Below, one piece after another: positions 49,636 through 61,227 of a stretch of 64,000 bases of DNA. The first letter of the stretch is position 1. Each line of letters starts with the position of its first letter. Source of the stretch: Bilabrum cf. latius (lineage: Eukaryota); NCBI GenBank assembly GCA_965178125.1, contig OZ237773.1, positions 248,001-312,000 on the forward strand. Direction: 5' to 3'. The notes beneath the pieces were generated by a model. It was not told the origin of the DNA and did not search any database. It worked only from the letters and a program-made list of their open reading frames with translations. The translations under genes were made by a program, and so were the position numbers.

Positions 49636-49869
49636 CTTGGCGGGAGAAGTGGTGCAAATGGCTGTCGAATCCCTGACGTGTTGGCAGCGACCGGCGTACT
49701 TTTGCTCGACCAGGTAGTCTACTCCTGCAAAAAAAAGAAGGAATTGTACCGGCTCATGACTTGTTACACGTAATTTTAACAATGAGCTTGCCTTTTTTGC
49801 TCTGCCAAAAATATGTACGAGCTGCATAGAGCCTTGAACGGGCCGCCGGCAACCAACATTTCAGAGGTT

Positions 49870-50530
49870 GCGTACAATCCATCATGACCTGTCGGCAATC
49901 CTCACCAAGTACAAACTACTTTATGTACTTCAATCGAGATGTGATTTACTGGCTGCTTTTGTACTGCGACGTGGAATTTCCAGAAATGTGCACACATTTC
50001 TTCACCCAAATTCCCCCCGAGCGTGCCACGGTGCCGGCAGCGGAACCACCCAAATCAAATTCGCTGACGCTGTGGCATGATCAAGTGATAGTCGTAACCA
50101 AGGTACTATGGACTAGCTCAAAAAAGAATAAGTCCATTCCAACACTTTTATCTACCCCTGTCTTCTGGTTGTGTTGTGTCCCTGTGGGAGAGGCATTGTG
50201 CCTTGGACACAAGCAGTGATTCGGCGGAAGCCCTAGATGTACTGGCTGCACCAGCCGCGCAAGAATTCGGCTGTCCGCTGGGTGCTGCAGTAGAGACAGG
50301 CCCTGCTTGCGCACAGGGATGCCAGCCTGCTGGGCTGCGAGGAGGGCAGGCCGCTGGAGCTGGGGAAGCAGCTGAGGCTGGGCAAGCTTGCGTGCAGTGC
50401 GGGGAGGCTGGTGGAGCTGGACGCGATGGCGAGGACCGGGGGGTGGGGGGCACGACGAGTGCAGGGAGGCGGGGCAGGGCTTGCTAAGGCACGAGCTGGT
50501 GGATAAGCGCGTCAAAGCCGACACCTCGTG
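49870..50530 (+). pseudogene. Degenerate member of the ankyrin-like family (C-terminal cassette with small deletions); boundaries approximate
   Basis: Carries the shared RQAL.AHRDASLLG...LELGK.LRLGKLACSAG.LVELDAMAR block at ~50293-50470, but shortened and without a continuous upstream frame. Confidence 0.5.
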
Positions 50531-50699
50531 ATGTAGCCCTTGCGGCATGGCTGGGTCTGGTCTGGGTCGGCTGATATATAGCTAGCCAGAAGGTGCACCG
50601 CATCCAGGATGCGCTTATGCAGGGGCCTACCTGCCCTGACCACCTGGTGCCGGCCTGAGGGTCCGGAGCCCGAGCCGTACAGTCCGCCGATCGTAGAAA

Positions 50700-51991
50700 T
50701 CAAAGTTTAGCCAAGACCTCTAAATCGCTTGTTCGGGCAGTAAGCAACGGCACCTTTGCCCATGCTAAGGACGTATTGACGGCAGAGGATACAGAGCCTT
50801 CATCAAGGCCTGCTATGCGGGACGCTTAGAGGTGTCGCAGCTGCTCTTTGACTCACTAAATAAAGATGATGCCGTCTGGCAGCACGTATTACAGATGGCT
50901 CTAACAGACGCTTGCATTCGAGGGAAGGTGGCTTCGGTGTTGTGGCTCTTGAGCTTGAACTGGGCAAGAAGGGCACAGATTAGTTGGTAGAAAAGCGCCT
51001 GTCTTAAAGAAGCATGTTGACATGGTAGATATGATGTTGTGCATGTTCTTCTGGCAGCAAGCGGCGCAGGAAATCCAGGTAACGCAGTGCAATCAGCCGA
51101 TCCTACGCGGGGCCACCATGATATCCGGATTGTGAGAAGGATGCTGGAACTAAAAGATATATCAAAGATGCCCGCCTAAACAAGGCTGTGAAACTCTTTC
51201 CTGCATCGTCTCCCAGTGGTTATGCAGTGGTTATGTAGGGACGCTGCGATTTCGACCTTGCCATTCGACTGCTCCGCGTGCGGGGCCACCGCGTACCTGC
51301 GAGGCCATAGAGCCTAGTACAAAAGCTTCAGCAATGGCTAAGAGGACAGCATTGGAGCGCCCTCTGCGAAAAGCTCGTTAGAGCCACAGTAGCCCTCCGA
51401 GTCGCGGACGGGACAGGCCTGGGACGGGAGCTTCATGGTCCGCAACTCCGAGGCTCGGCAGACATGCTCGTCCTGCTGCAAACCGGAACCGCGCTGAACC
51501 GCCGATGCATCGGCGCGGTTAGGTCAATCTTGCGGATCATAGACTCCTGGGATGTATCAAATGCTCATTTGTTCTATTGGGTGTTCCCAAGACTAGCACA
51601 TTTTGGGTACGCTTCGGGCGTGGATGAGTTCTTGAAGAGCGGGATGCGCCGCATGCCAACGAGGCAGCTGCAGGGTGACTTCATAGACAAGATGCCGCAT
51701 CGGTACGAGTACTATGTCGAGTGGAACCGGCGGCGAGCCCGGGTCTGGTCCATGACTAGGTGGAGACAGGCCCTGCGTGCGCACAGAGATGCCAGCCTGC
51801 TGGGCAGGTGCTGCGTGGAGGGCAGGCTGCTGGAGCTGGGGAAGCGGCTGAGGCTGGGCAGGCTGGCGTGCAGTGCGGGGAGGATGGTGGAGCTGCACGC
51901 GATGGCGAGGAGGGGCGGCCATGGCGATTGCAGGGAGGTGCTTCACCGGTGTATCATGTGTGGCTGTCCAGCTGCAGCGGGCACATGCTGA
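50700..51991 (+). pseudogene. Ankyrin-like family pseudogene; 5' boundary approximate
   Basis: Ankyrin-like AFIKACYAGRLEVSQLL and ACLKEAC*HGRYDVVHVLL with an internal TGA at 51018 and a frame change near 51170. The shared C-terminal cassette is at ~51760-51945; ends TGA. Confidence 0.6.
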
Positions 51992-52168
51992 GCCATGGTA
52001 GTAAACAGGTCAATTCTTTGTCATTTATGATGTGAGTCCACGCTAGCACGTGCACAACAGATGAACTTGCAGCTTGCCAGTGCCAAGTTGCCATTCATGA
52101 TTATGTCTTCATCTTCGCCAATTGCTTCTGTTGAAAATCGAATTCAATGGCAAAATCCCAACTTGCGT

Positions 52169-54091
52169 ATGACCTCAACTATATCCGATGCATATACTCC
52201 GGGTATATGTACGGTTATGGCTCGGCTACCGTGGCAAAAACGAATGTTGATGGCTTGTAAACAACCTCAACCCGACAAACTTGCAGAAGCCATCAACAGT
52301 GTCGGTCCTGAGAACGTGCGCCCATCACTGATTGAGGAATGCTTCAAGCTGGCTTGCTCGATGAATCGACCACACATATTGGCATACTTGCAGGAGAGCA
52401 TGCCACCAGTAGGTCCAGCAGTTGTGGAAGAGTGTCTTGAGTAGATGTGCTCGTCGAAGTACCCGCCACGGGATGCGATCCGATAGCTAGTAGTGAGCAG
52501 AGCGCACGGTTGCGATTTATTTAATGCTGCATGCAAATATGCCAAAGAGCGCAGCGATGCGGATGTCTTGGACGTGCTGCTGTCTGAGAAACATTGTTTT
52601 GCCAGCGTAAGACTATATGTTGTCCTAGCTTGGGCAGGAGATCGCTTTGGTCCTGACAATGCCATACAAGCCGTCATCATTAGTCATATGCGCTTGCATC
52701 GACCTAGTCCGCCTCCAACTTTGTCCGAGCTGATCATATAGTCGTGCACTGAAGGGAACGATGAAGCGCTGATCGAGCTTCTGCAGCTGCAGAACGAGGC
52801 AGGGGACTTCATGTTTCATCCTGGGCCCAAGCAGCTGCAGGATGTATGTCAGAAAGGCCACTACAAGTGCGCGCTTGTGCTTCTCGCCCTCACCGGGGAC
52901 TCCGCAATCGATGTGTCGGCCGACAACTGGCTGGCCTTCAGGCTTGCGGTCCTGCATCGCCGAGTGATGGTGGTGAAGGCACTGATGACGATCGGCAGGC
53001 ACCCGGTCGACGATGGCCCGGTCTCAGATCAATCGTACTATGTCCAGATGAAACGAGCAAGAGCAGCCCGGGATGCAGCCGCTGCTCGAGCCCGCAAGGA
53101 CACCGCCCGCGTTGCTCCGGCACAGCTGCTAGCCGCATTGTTTGGGAAGAAGTTTATACGCAACCGCGCAGGTTCAGCCCAAATCCCTAGCAATTCTAAG
53201 AAGGGGAACGCTAGAGATGCTGGTCTATGGCGAGGGTACTCAGCAGGAAACAAAGAGCAATAGAAGAGTTGCTAGCCCAAGTCCTGGGGGCCTAGAGGAC
53301 GCCCCCCCCCCGGGCGGGCCCGGAGACGGATACTGAGTGTTGTCTCGGATGACCGCAATGAATAGGAGTAGTAGAAGCGCATAGAGACGGAGCGGATCGC
53401 TACAGAGGGCGCCGCCATTGCAAGCATGGTATCTTCAGCGACTCAACAAGCGCCGTCCCTGTCGCAAGGGCCTCTTCGCTGCATCCCACCGTACTGCGTG
53501 TATGAAGCCGTGGACAAGGCCTCCTCCTTGCGAATGCCTCCATACCAATACTGGCTTCACCGGGTGGAGAACTTCACACGAAGACAAAAAGCCATTCTCA
53601 GGCATCGCATGACCCTAGAGGAGATGAAACGGGTGCAGGAGCACAAGGCCATGCTTGCGGAATGCTGCCCAACCGACGATGCCTTCAAACTGTCCAAGCG
53701 ACTCAGGCTGAGCCACAGGCCGTGTCAGGCGACGTCCATTTCTGAGCTTGAGGATATCGCGCGATCGTTCGGGTGCAAAGATTGCGTGGATGTGCTGCAG
53801 CGGCAGTGGAGAACGGCCGTGGCAGTGGCACGCAGGCCGAGTAGGCGACATTTGGTCATTTGGAGGCAGGCCCTGCTTGCGCACAGGGATGCCAGCCTGC
53901 TGGGCAGGTGCTGCGTGGAGGGCAGGCCGCTGGAGCTGGGGAAGCGGCTGAGGCTGGGCAGGCTGGCGTGCAGTGCGGGGAGGATGGTGGAGCTGGACGC
54001 GATGGCGAGGTAGGGGGGCCATGGCGAGTGCAGGGAGGTGCTTCACCGGTGTATCATGTGTGGCTGTCCAGCTGCAGCGGGCACATGCTGA
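52169..54091 (+). CDS. Ankyrin-like repeat protein, tandem family copy B1 (~640 aa), multiple in-frame TAG
   Basis: ORFs 52061, 52493, 52811 and 53426 share one frame joined only by TAG. Ankyrin-like IDVSADNWLAFRLAVLHRRVMVVKALM; shared C-terminal cassette; ends TGA 54089-54091. Start chosen as the ATG conserved in all three B copies. Confidence 0.75.
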
Positions 54092-54266
54092 GCCATGGTC
54101 GTGGACAGTTCAATTCTTTGACATTTCTAATGTGATCCCACGCAAGCACATGCACAACACATGAGCTTGCCTTTTTCGTTCTGGTTCCGGGTTTTCAAGA
54201 TGTCTTCATCTTCGATAATTGCTTCTTCTGAAAAATGGAACACAATGGCATAATCATATTTTGTGT

Positions 54267-57023
54267 ATGACCGCAACTATATCCGATGCATATGATCCGG
54301 GTATATGTACGGTTATGGCTCGGCTACCGTGGCAAAAACGAATGTTGATGGCTTGTAAACAACCTCAACCCGACAAACTTGCAGAAGCCATCAACAGTGT
54401 CGGTCCTGAGAACGTGTGCCCATCACTGCTCGAGGAATGCTTCAAGCTGGCGTGCTCGATGAATCGACCACACATATTGGCATACTTGCAGGAGACCATG
54501 CCACCAGTTGGTCCAGCAGTTGTGGAAGAGTATCTTGAGTAGATGTGCTCGTCGAAGTACCCACCGTGGGATGCGATCCGATAGCTAGTTGTGAGCAAAG
54601 CGCACGGTTGCGATTTATTTAATGCTGCATGCAAATTTGCCATAGAGCGCAGCAATGCGGATGTCTTGGACATGCTGCTGTCTGAGAAAGATTGTTTTGC
54701 CAGCGTAAAACCATATGTTGTCCTGGCTTGGGCAGGGGATCGCTTGGGCCCCGAGAATGCCATACAGGCCGTCATCATTAGACAATTTCGGGATAGTCTG
54801 CGCGCTCCCACTCCAACTTTGTCCGAGCTGTTCAGATAGGCGTGCTCTGAAGGTCATGACGACTTGCTCGTCGAGCTTCTGCAGCTGCAGAACGAGGCGG
54901 GGGACTTTATGTTTCATCCTGGGCCCAAGCAGCTGTAGGAAGTATGCCAAAAAGGCCACTACAAGTGCGCGCTTGTGCTTCTCGCCCTCACCGGTGAATC
55001 TGCAATCGATGTGTCGGCCGACAACTGGCTGGCCTTCAGGCTTGCGGTCCTGCATCGCCGAGTGATGGTGGTGAAGGCACTGATGACGATCGGCAGGCAC
55101 CCGGTCGATGATCAGCCGTTTCTCGTCTAGCGGGAGCTTCTTCGGAACAGAGAACGAGCCAGAGCAGCCGAGGCTGCAGCCGCTCGAGTTCGAGCTAACG
55201 CTGAGGCTGAACGTAGATTGGCAAGGCTGCCAGCTGGCACCACTGCCACTGGGGCAGGAAGCGATAGGCTGCCAGCTGGCACCACTGCCACTGGGGCAGG
55301 AAGCGATAGGCTGCCAGCTGGCACCACTGCCACTGGGGCAGGAAGCGATAGGCTGCCAGCTGGCACCACCAGTGCAGCACGGATGCCCGCCAGGAAGCGG
55401 CCGCTGGTCCTACGCGGAAACCTATCGAAGACTGTCAATGCGAAGCCGAGCTACACAAAGTCATGTGCGAGTGGCATGTCCATTGCTACAGAGAGACATG
55501 GTGTGGGTATGCAGCGGGCCTCCGCTTCCAGCAAGCGCCAAGTCACCCGATCATTGCAAGTCCCCAGTCGCAGTCCTGGACCACGCCAAGCATAGCCAGG
55601 CTCAGGTCGATCAGTGAAGCTGGGGACCAGACCCGTGGAGACAGAGATGAAACTGCCCGTACTTGCAAGCTATCGAACCAGCACGGCGGTGAGGCGAAAC
55701 ACCAACGCGGCCAGCCGGGCCAGCCGGGCCAGCCGGGTCAAGCAGACCAAGCAGACCAAGCGGATTATCATAGCCACGCAAGCCACGCAGGCCAAGCAGA
55801 CTAAGCGGACTAAGCAGACCAAGCACGCAAAGCGGGTCAAGCAGGTCAAGCAGACCAAGCAGGCCTAGCAAGCAACAAAGGCCAAGCAAGCAACGAAGGC
55901 CACGCTTGCCAAGCGGACCAAGCTTGTCAAGCAGACCTCGGAGGCCACTCAGGCAACTTCGGACTAGCCCGAGCAGATGCCATCTACTTGCAAGCAGAAA
56001 CCCAGCATCGTGCCGCGCCAAGGGGCAAAGCAAGGAACCGGCCGGCGCAGCCAGGACAGTATCGGCCCTTCTCCTCGTGGAGTGGTTGAAGAAAACAAGA
56101 GCACTACGTAGCAGTAGCACCAGGACGTATCAGCAGGCAAGCTTCGATAGCAAGGAGACAACGGGCAAGTCGCACAGAGCTCGCCGCCCGGCCCCCGCCG
56201 TCGGAGTGGGGCTGAGTTAAGAGGAGCACATAGACGCACGCCAGAAGTACAGAAACAAGTATCACAGGCCCGGCAAAGCACAGAGAGGAAGGTGCAGCTA
56301 CCGTAGATACCGCTTGACGGTGAAGAGAGGATCCTCAAAGAGGGCGCCGCCATTGCAAACATGGTCTCGGCTGCGATCGCACGAATTCCGGTTTCGGCGC
56401 GGAGGCCTCTTCGCTGCATCCCACCGTACTGCGTGTATGAAGCCGTGGGCAAGGCCGCCTCCATGCGTCTGCCTCCGTACCGATACTGGCTGTACCGAGT
56501 GGAGAACTTCACACGAAGACAAAAAGCCATTCTCAGGCATCGCATGGTGTGGGACCCCTGGAAGAGGGTGCAAGAGCACAGCGGTATGCTCTAGGAATGC
56601 TGCCCAACCAATGACGCCCTCAAGCTGTCCAAGCGACTCAGACTGAGCCACAGGCCGTGTCAGGCGCAGTACATCCGGGTAGTCATGGACGTAGCGCGAT
56701 CGTTTGGAAATGCAGATTGCGTGGATGTGCTGCAGCGGCAGTGGAGAAGGGCCGTGGCAGTGGCACGCAGGCCGAGTAGGCGGCATTTGGTCGCTTGGAG
56801 GCAGGCCCTGTGCGCGCACAGAGATGCCAGCTTGCTGGGCAGGTGCTGCGAGGAGGGCAGGCCGCTGGAGCTGGGGAAGCGGCTGAGGCTGGGCAAGCTT
56901 GCGTGCAGTGCGGGGCGGCTTGTGGAGCTGGACGCGATGGCGAGGTAGGGCGGTCATGGCGAGTGCAGGGAGGTGCTTCACGCATTCATGCACTCTGGGT
57001 GTCTGGCTGCAGCAGGTCGGTGA
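54267..57023 (+). CDS. Ankyrin-like repeat protein, copy B2 (~918 aa) with an expanded low-complexity middle, multiple in-frame TAG
   Basis: Continuous frame through ORFs 54219, 54591, 55218, 55614, 56361 and 56685, with only TAG between them; ends TGA 57021-57023. Confidence 0.75.
55224..55369 (+). repeat. Coding 42-bp tandem repeat, ~3.5 copies (RLPAGTTATGAGSD); 9-bp KQT/RAS-type repeats follow at ~55710-55940
   Basis: Direct inspection of the sequence and of ORFs 55218 and 55614. Confidence 0.9.
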
Positions 57024-57191
57024 CAAACGTAGAAATGGATAGTAAATGGAGTTGCTCGTATCGCATTTGAATGAGCAGAATCCGATGATTGCTTGGCTTG
57101 CTCCTCACTTGTCACACGGCCACACTGGGATTTTCATCTTCACTATTTGTTACCTAGCGAAATCTAGCAAAGGCTATAATACAAATTGAAT

Positions 57192-59114
57192 ATGGGCGCA
57201 GCGCTATCTTGTGTATGCATTCCGGGTACACATACGAATGTATCCCGGCTGCCATGGCACGATTAGATGTTGGTGGCATGTAAACAACCTACAACTGACA
57301 AACTTGCAGAAGCCATCAACAGTGTTGGTCCTGAGAACGTGCGCCCATCACTGCTCGAGGAATGCTTCAAGCTGGCGTGCTCGATGAATCGACCGCACAT
57401 ATTGGCATACTTGCAGGAGAGCATGCCGCCAGTAGGTCCAGCAGTTGTGGAAGAGTGTCTTGAGTAGATGTGCTCGTCGAAGTACCCACCGTGGGATGCG
57501 ATCCGATAGCTAGCGATGAGAAATACCCATAACCACTTGGCTTTCAATATCTTATGCAAATACGCCATTGAGCGCAGCAATGCGGATGTCTTGGACATGC
57601 TGCTGGCAAACCGAGACAAAAATGACATGACCAAAGCTGCCCTAGCTTGGGCAGGAGATCGCTTTGGTCCTGACAATGCCATACAAGCCGTCATCATTAG
57701 TCATATGCGCTTGCATCGACCTAGTCCGCCTCCAACTTTGTCCGAGCTGATCATATAGTCGTGCACTGAAGGGAACGATGAAGCGCTGATCGAGCTTCTG
57801 CAGCTGCAGAACGAGGCAGGGGACTTCATGTTTCATCCTGGGCCCACGATATTGCAGGATGTATGTCAGAAAGGCCACTACAAGTGCGCGCTTGTGCTTC
57901 TCGCCCTCACCGGTGACTCCGCAATCGATGTGTCGGCCGACAACTGGCTGGCCTTCAGGCTTGCGGTCCTGCATCGCCGGCCGATGGTAGTGAAGGCATT
58001 GATGACGATCGGCAGGCACCCGGTCGACGATGGCCCGGTCTCAGATCAATCGTACTATGTCCAGATGAAACGAGCAAGAGCAGCCCGGGATGCAGCCGCT
58101 GCTCGAGCCCGCAAGGACACCGCCCGCGTTGCTCCGGCACAGCTGCTAGCCGCATTGTTTGGGAAGAAGTTTATACGCAACCGCGCAGGTTCAGCCCAAA
58201 TCCCTAGCAATTCTAAGAAGGGGAACGCTAGAGATGCTGGTCTATGGCGAGGGTACTCAGCAGGAAACAAAGAGCAATAGAAGAGTTGCTAGCCCAAGTC
58301 CTGGGGGCTTAGAGGACGCCGCCCCCCCGGGCGGGCCCGGAGACGGATACTGAGTGTTGTCTCGAATGATCGCAATGAATAGGAGTATTAGAAGCGCATA
58401 GAGACGGAGCGGATCGCTACAGAGGGCGCCGCCATTGCAAGCATGGTATCTTCAGCGACTCAACAAGCGCCGTCCCTGTCGCAAGGGCCTCTTCGCTGCA
58501 TCCCACCGTACTGCGTGTATGAAGCCGTGGACAAGGCCTCCTCCTTGCGAATGCCTCCATACCGATACTGGCTTCACCGGGTGGAGAACTTCACACGAAG
58601 ACAAAAAGCCATTCTCAGGCATCGCATGACCCTAGAGGAGATGAAACGGGTGCAGGAGCACAAGGCCATGCTTGCGGAGTGCTGCCCAACCGACGATGCC
58701 TTCAAACTGTCCAAGCGTCTTAGACTCAGCCACAGGCCGTGTCAGGCGACGTCCATTTCTGAGCTTGAGGATGTCGCGCGATCGTTTGGAAGTGCAGATT
58801 GCGTGGATGTGCTGCAGAGGCAGTGGAGAGGGGTTGTTGCAGTGGCACGCAGGCCGAGTAGGCGACATTTGGTCATTTGGAGGCAGGCCATGTGCGCGCA
58901 CAGGGATGCCAGCTTGCTGGGCAGGTGCTGCGTGGAGGGCAGGCCGCTGGAGCTGGGGAAGCGGCTGAGGCTGGGCAGGCTGGCGTGCAGTGCGGGGAGG
59001 ATGGTGGAGCTGGACGCAATGGCGAGGTAGGGCGGTCATGGCGAGTGCAGGGAGGTGCTTCACGCATCGTCACGGAAATCGAAGAACGCAGGCATGCAGC
59101 ATGATTAGAATTGA
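57192..59114 (+). CDS. Ankyrin-like repeat protein, copy B3 (~640 aa), multiple in-frame TAG
   Basis: ORFs 57267, 57516, 57828 and 58443 share one frame and are near-identical to B1 over most of their length; ends TGA 59112-59114. Confidence 0.75.
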
Positions 59115-59255
59115 AATTGACGCACATTGCTTTATCTGTGGCCCCAGTAAGCGGCTGCACATGTGCTGTGCACCAAGTGTGTGCAACTGCACGGAACGGC
59201 AGTGCCTTATTGGCGAGAAAATATACAACTAAAGCACGACACATAGTTCAATAGA

Positions 59256-60683
59256 ATGGCGTCAGTCTACGATGGCTTTGTGGTGTACTGTAGTAAGGGT
59301 GAGCTGGACAAGGTAGCATAGGTCGTTGCTAGCACAAGTGCTCGCGAACTGGAGGCCAGCCGTTTTCGCCTGGTATGTCGCGGATTCGTCAAAGCCTGCA
59401 ACAAAGGCCACTCGCTAGTCGTATCTGCATTAGCAACATACATGAATGTCATTCTGCCAGCTCATCCAAATGTCGTGCAAAGTGCGTTCGAACAGGCGTG
59501 CCAGCGAGGGCGAGCGAATGTCGTGAATCAACTGCTGGAGATAGACGCATGCCGCAAAGCATTGTCGATCTCACGCAACCAGAGTGCATGCCTAAAGGTT
59601 GCTTGCTCTGGCGGGTATAGCGAAGTACTGGACATGCTGCTGGCTCAAGAAGACATGCGCGAAGTTGCTGCGACCACGCTGCACGAATGCCTCTGCATCG
59701 CATGCCACCACGGGCGACTGTCCATCGTAAAGCAACTCATGTCTCTTGAAGGCGCCCAATACGTAAACATCCACGCCAAAAACGGCCTTGCGCTGTATCG
59801 GGCCGTCCGGCGGAATCACGAGGACGTGGTCCGCTGGCTGCTCGCACACGAGGCCAGACCTCCCGCGCAGCTGCCCACGGACGACCCCAGGACATTGCTT
59901 GGCATGGAAAAGGAAGGGTGCATGTCGGTTTTGTACCTATTTCGGTGGTTGCGATTTTGGCGGGCGGTATGCCCAGCGCAGTTGCTCGCTGATATCGTAG
60001 CAGCGAGAGCGCACCGTGTCAGCAGCCTGCAGCTGCCAGCAATTGAGCACTATTGCTTATGGTAGCACTGCAGGCCTATATATTTGACGCAGCACGCCAT
60101 TATATGCCGCGATGGGGCACTACTGGCTCGTATGAATGCGGCCACCATCGACAGATTCATACACCTGGGGGTAGACCGGCAAGTTTGGCGGTTCATCGTA
60201 TCGCTCGTTGGCATACGGCGCCCCGCATTTGATTCTACAATACCTCTTCAACTCGCGTACTACCATTGCTTGTATCCGTCCAGGCAGCCGATTGGATGGA
60301 TGCTGGATGGGCTTTGGCGAAGCGGACGGGAGCGCATGCCTTCCCGGCCAGACTATGATTCGATCAAGGAGACAGCTGGTATTGATCACGCGTACGATTT
60401 TTACGAGTAGTACAATGAGAATCAGGGAAGGAAGTCGCGGGTGCTGCAGTAGAGGCAGGCCCTGTGCGCGCACAGAGATGCCAGCCTGCTGGGCAGGTGC
60501 TGCGTGGAGGGCAGGCCGCTGGAGCTGGGGAAGCGGCTGAGGCTGGGCAAGCTTGCGTGCAGTGCGGGGAGGATGGTGGAGCTGGACGTGATGGCGAGGA
60601 GAGGCGGGCATGGCGAGTGCAGGGAGGCGGTGCAGCTAGAGCTGTGGAAGATGCATGCCAAGGTCCCGATGCATTTACATTGA
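59256..60683 (+). CDS. Ankyrin-repeat protein, divergent family member C (475 aa), 4 in-frame TAG
   Basis: FVKACNKGH, FEQACQRGRANVVNQLL, CLKVACSGGYSEVLDMLL, CLCIACHHGRLSIVKQLM and NIHAKNGLALYRAVRRNHEDVVRWLL, followed by the shared C-terminal cassette; ends TGA 60681-60683. Confidence 0.8.
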
Positions 60684-61102
60684 GGAGCTATGAGAACTGA
60701 CTAGTTTGATGGGGGAGATTCGCACGTTAGATCCAATCTGTACGAGGGGACACGCGTTAGCAACTCTTTGCCTGCAGACTTCGCAACGTCTCCGTACGTA
60801 GTCTCCTGGTCAGCTCTACCGGTAGATGCTAACTTGCATCCAAACGTACTGTAAACACTATGTATATACCAAGCAGATAAGGCGAGAGGGCCGGAGCTTT
60901 GCAGCGAAACCAACATGTTAGTTGCAGTTGGGCTTCCGTACTAATTCATCCTTCCCAAATCAGTTGAGTTATAAAACCACCACAGCGTTAATCTAATAAA
61001 CGAATATCAACACACGTTCGTCCTTGCGCACATCGTGGATCCTACGCACCATTCAAATTGAAGCATAGTGGCGGCCTCTGGGGCAAAACTGGCAAAAAAA
61101 TC

Positions 61103-61175
61103 TGGACACACAGGGAATCGAACCCTGGACTATCTGCATGCGAAGCAGACACTCTACCAACTGAGCTATACGCCC
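61103..61175 (-). tRNA. trnA-CGC: tRNA-Ala(CGC), third identical copy
   Basis: Reverse complement of the same 73-mer, with an oligo-T terminator downstream on the minus strand. Confidence 0.95.
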
Positions 61176-61227
61176 ACTATTCGATTTATCGAATTATATA
61201 AGTACAAATACGACAATGATCAATTTA

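Noticed and set aside
49870-60683. Endogenous virus or transposon
   Set aside because: The ankyrin repeats resemble types also seen in giant viruses, but I found no capsid, integrase, transposase, polymerase or terminal repeats.
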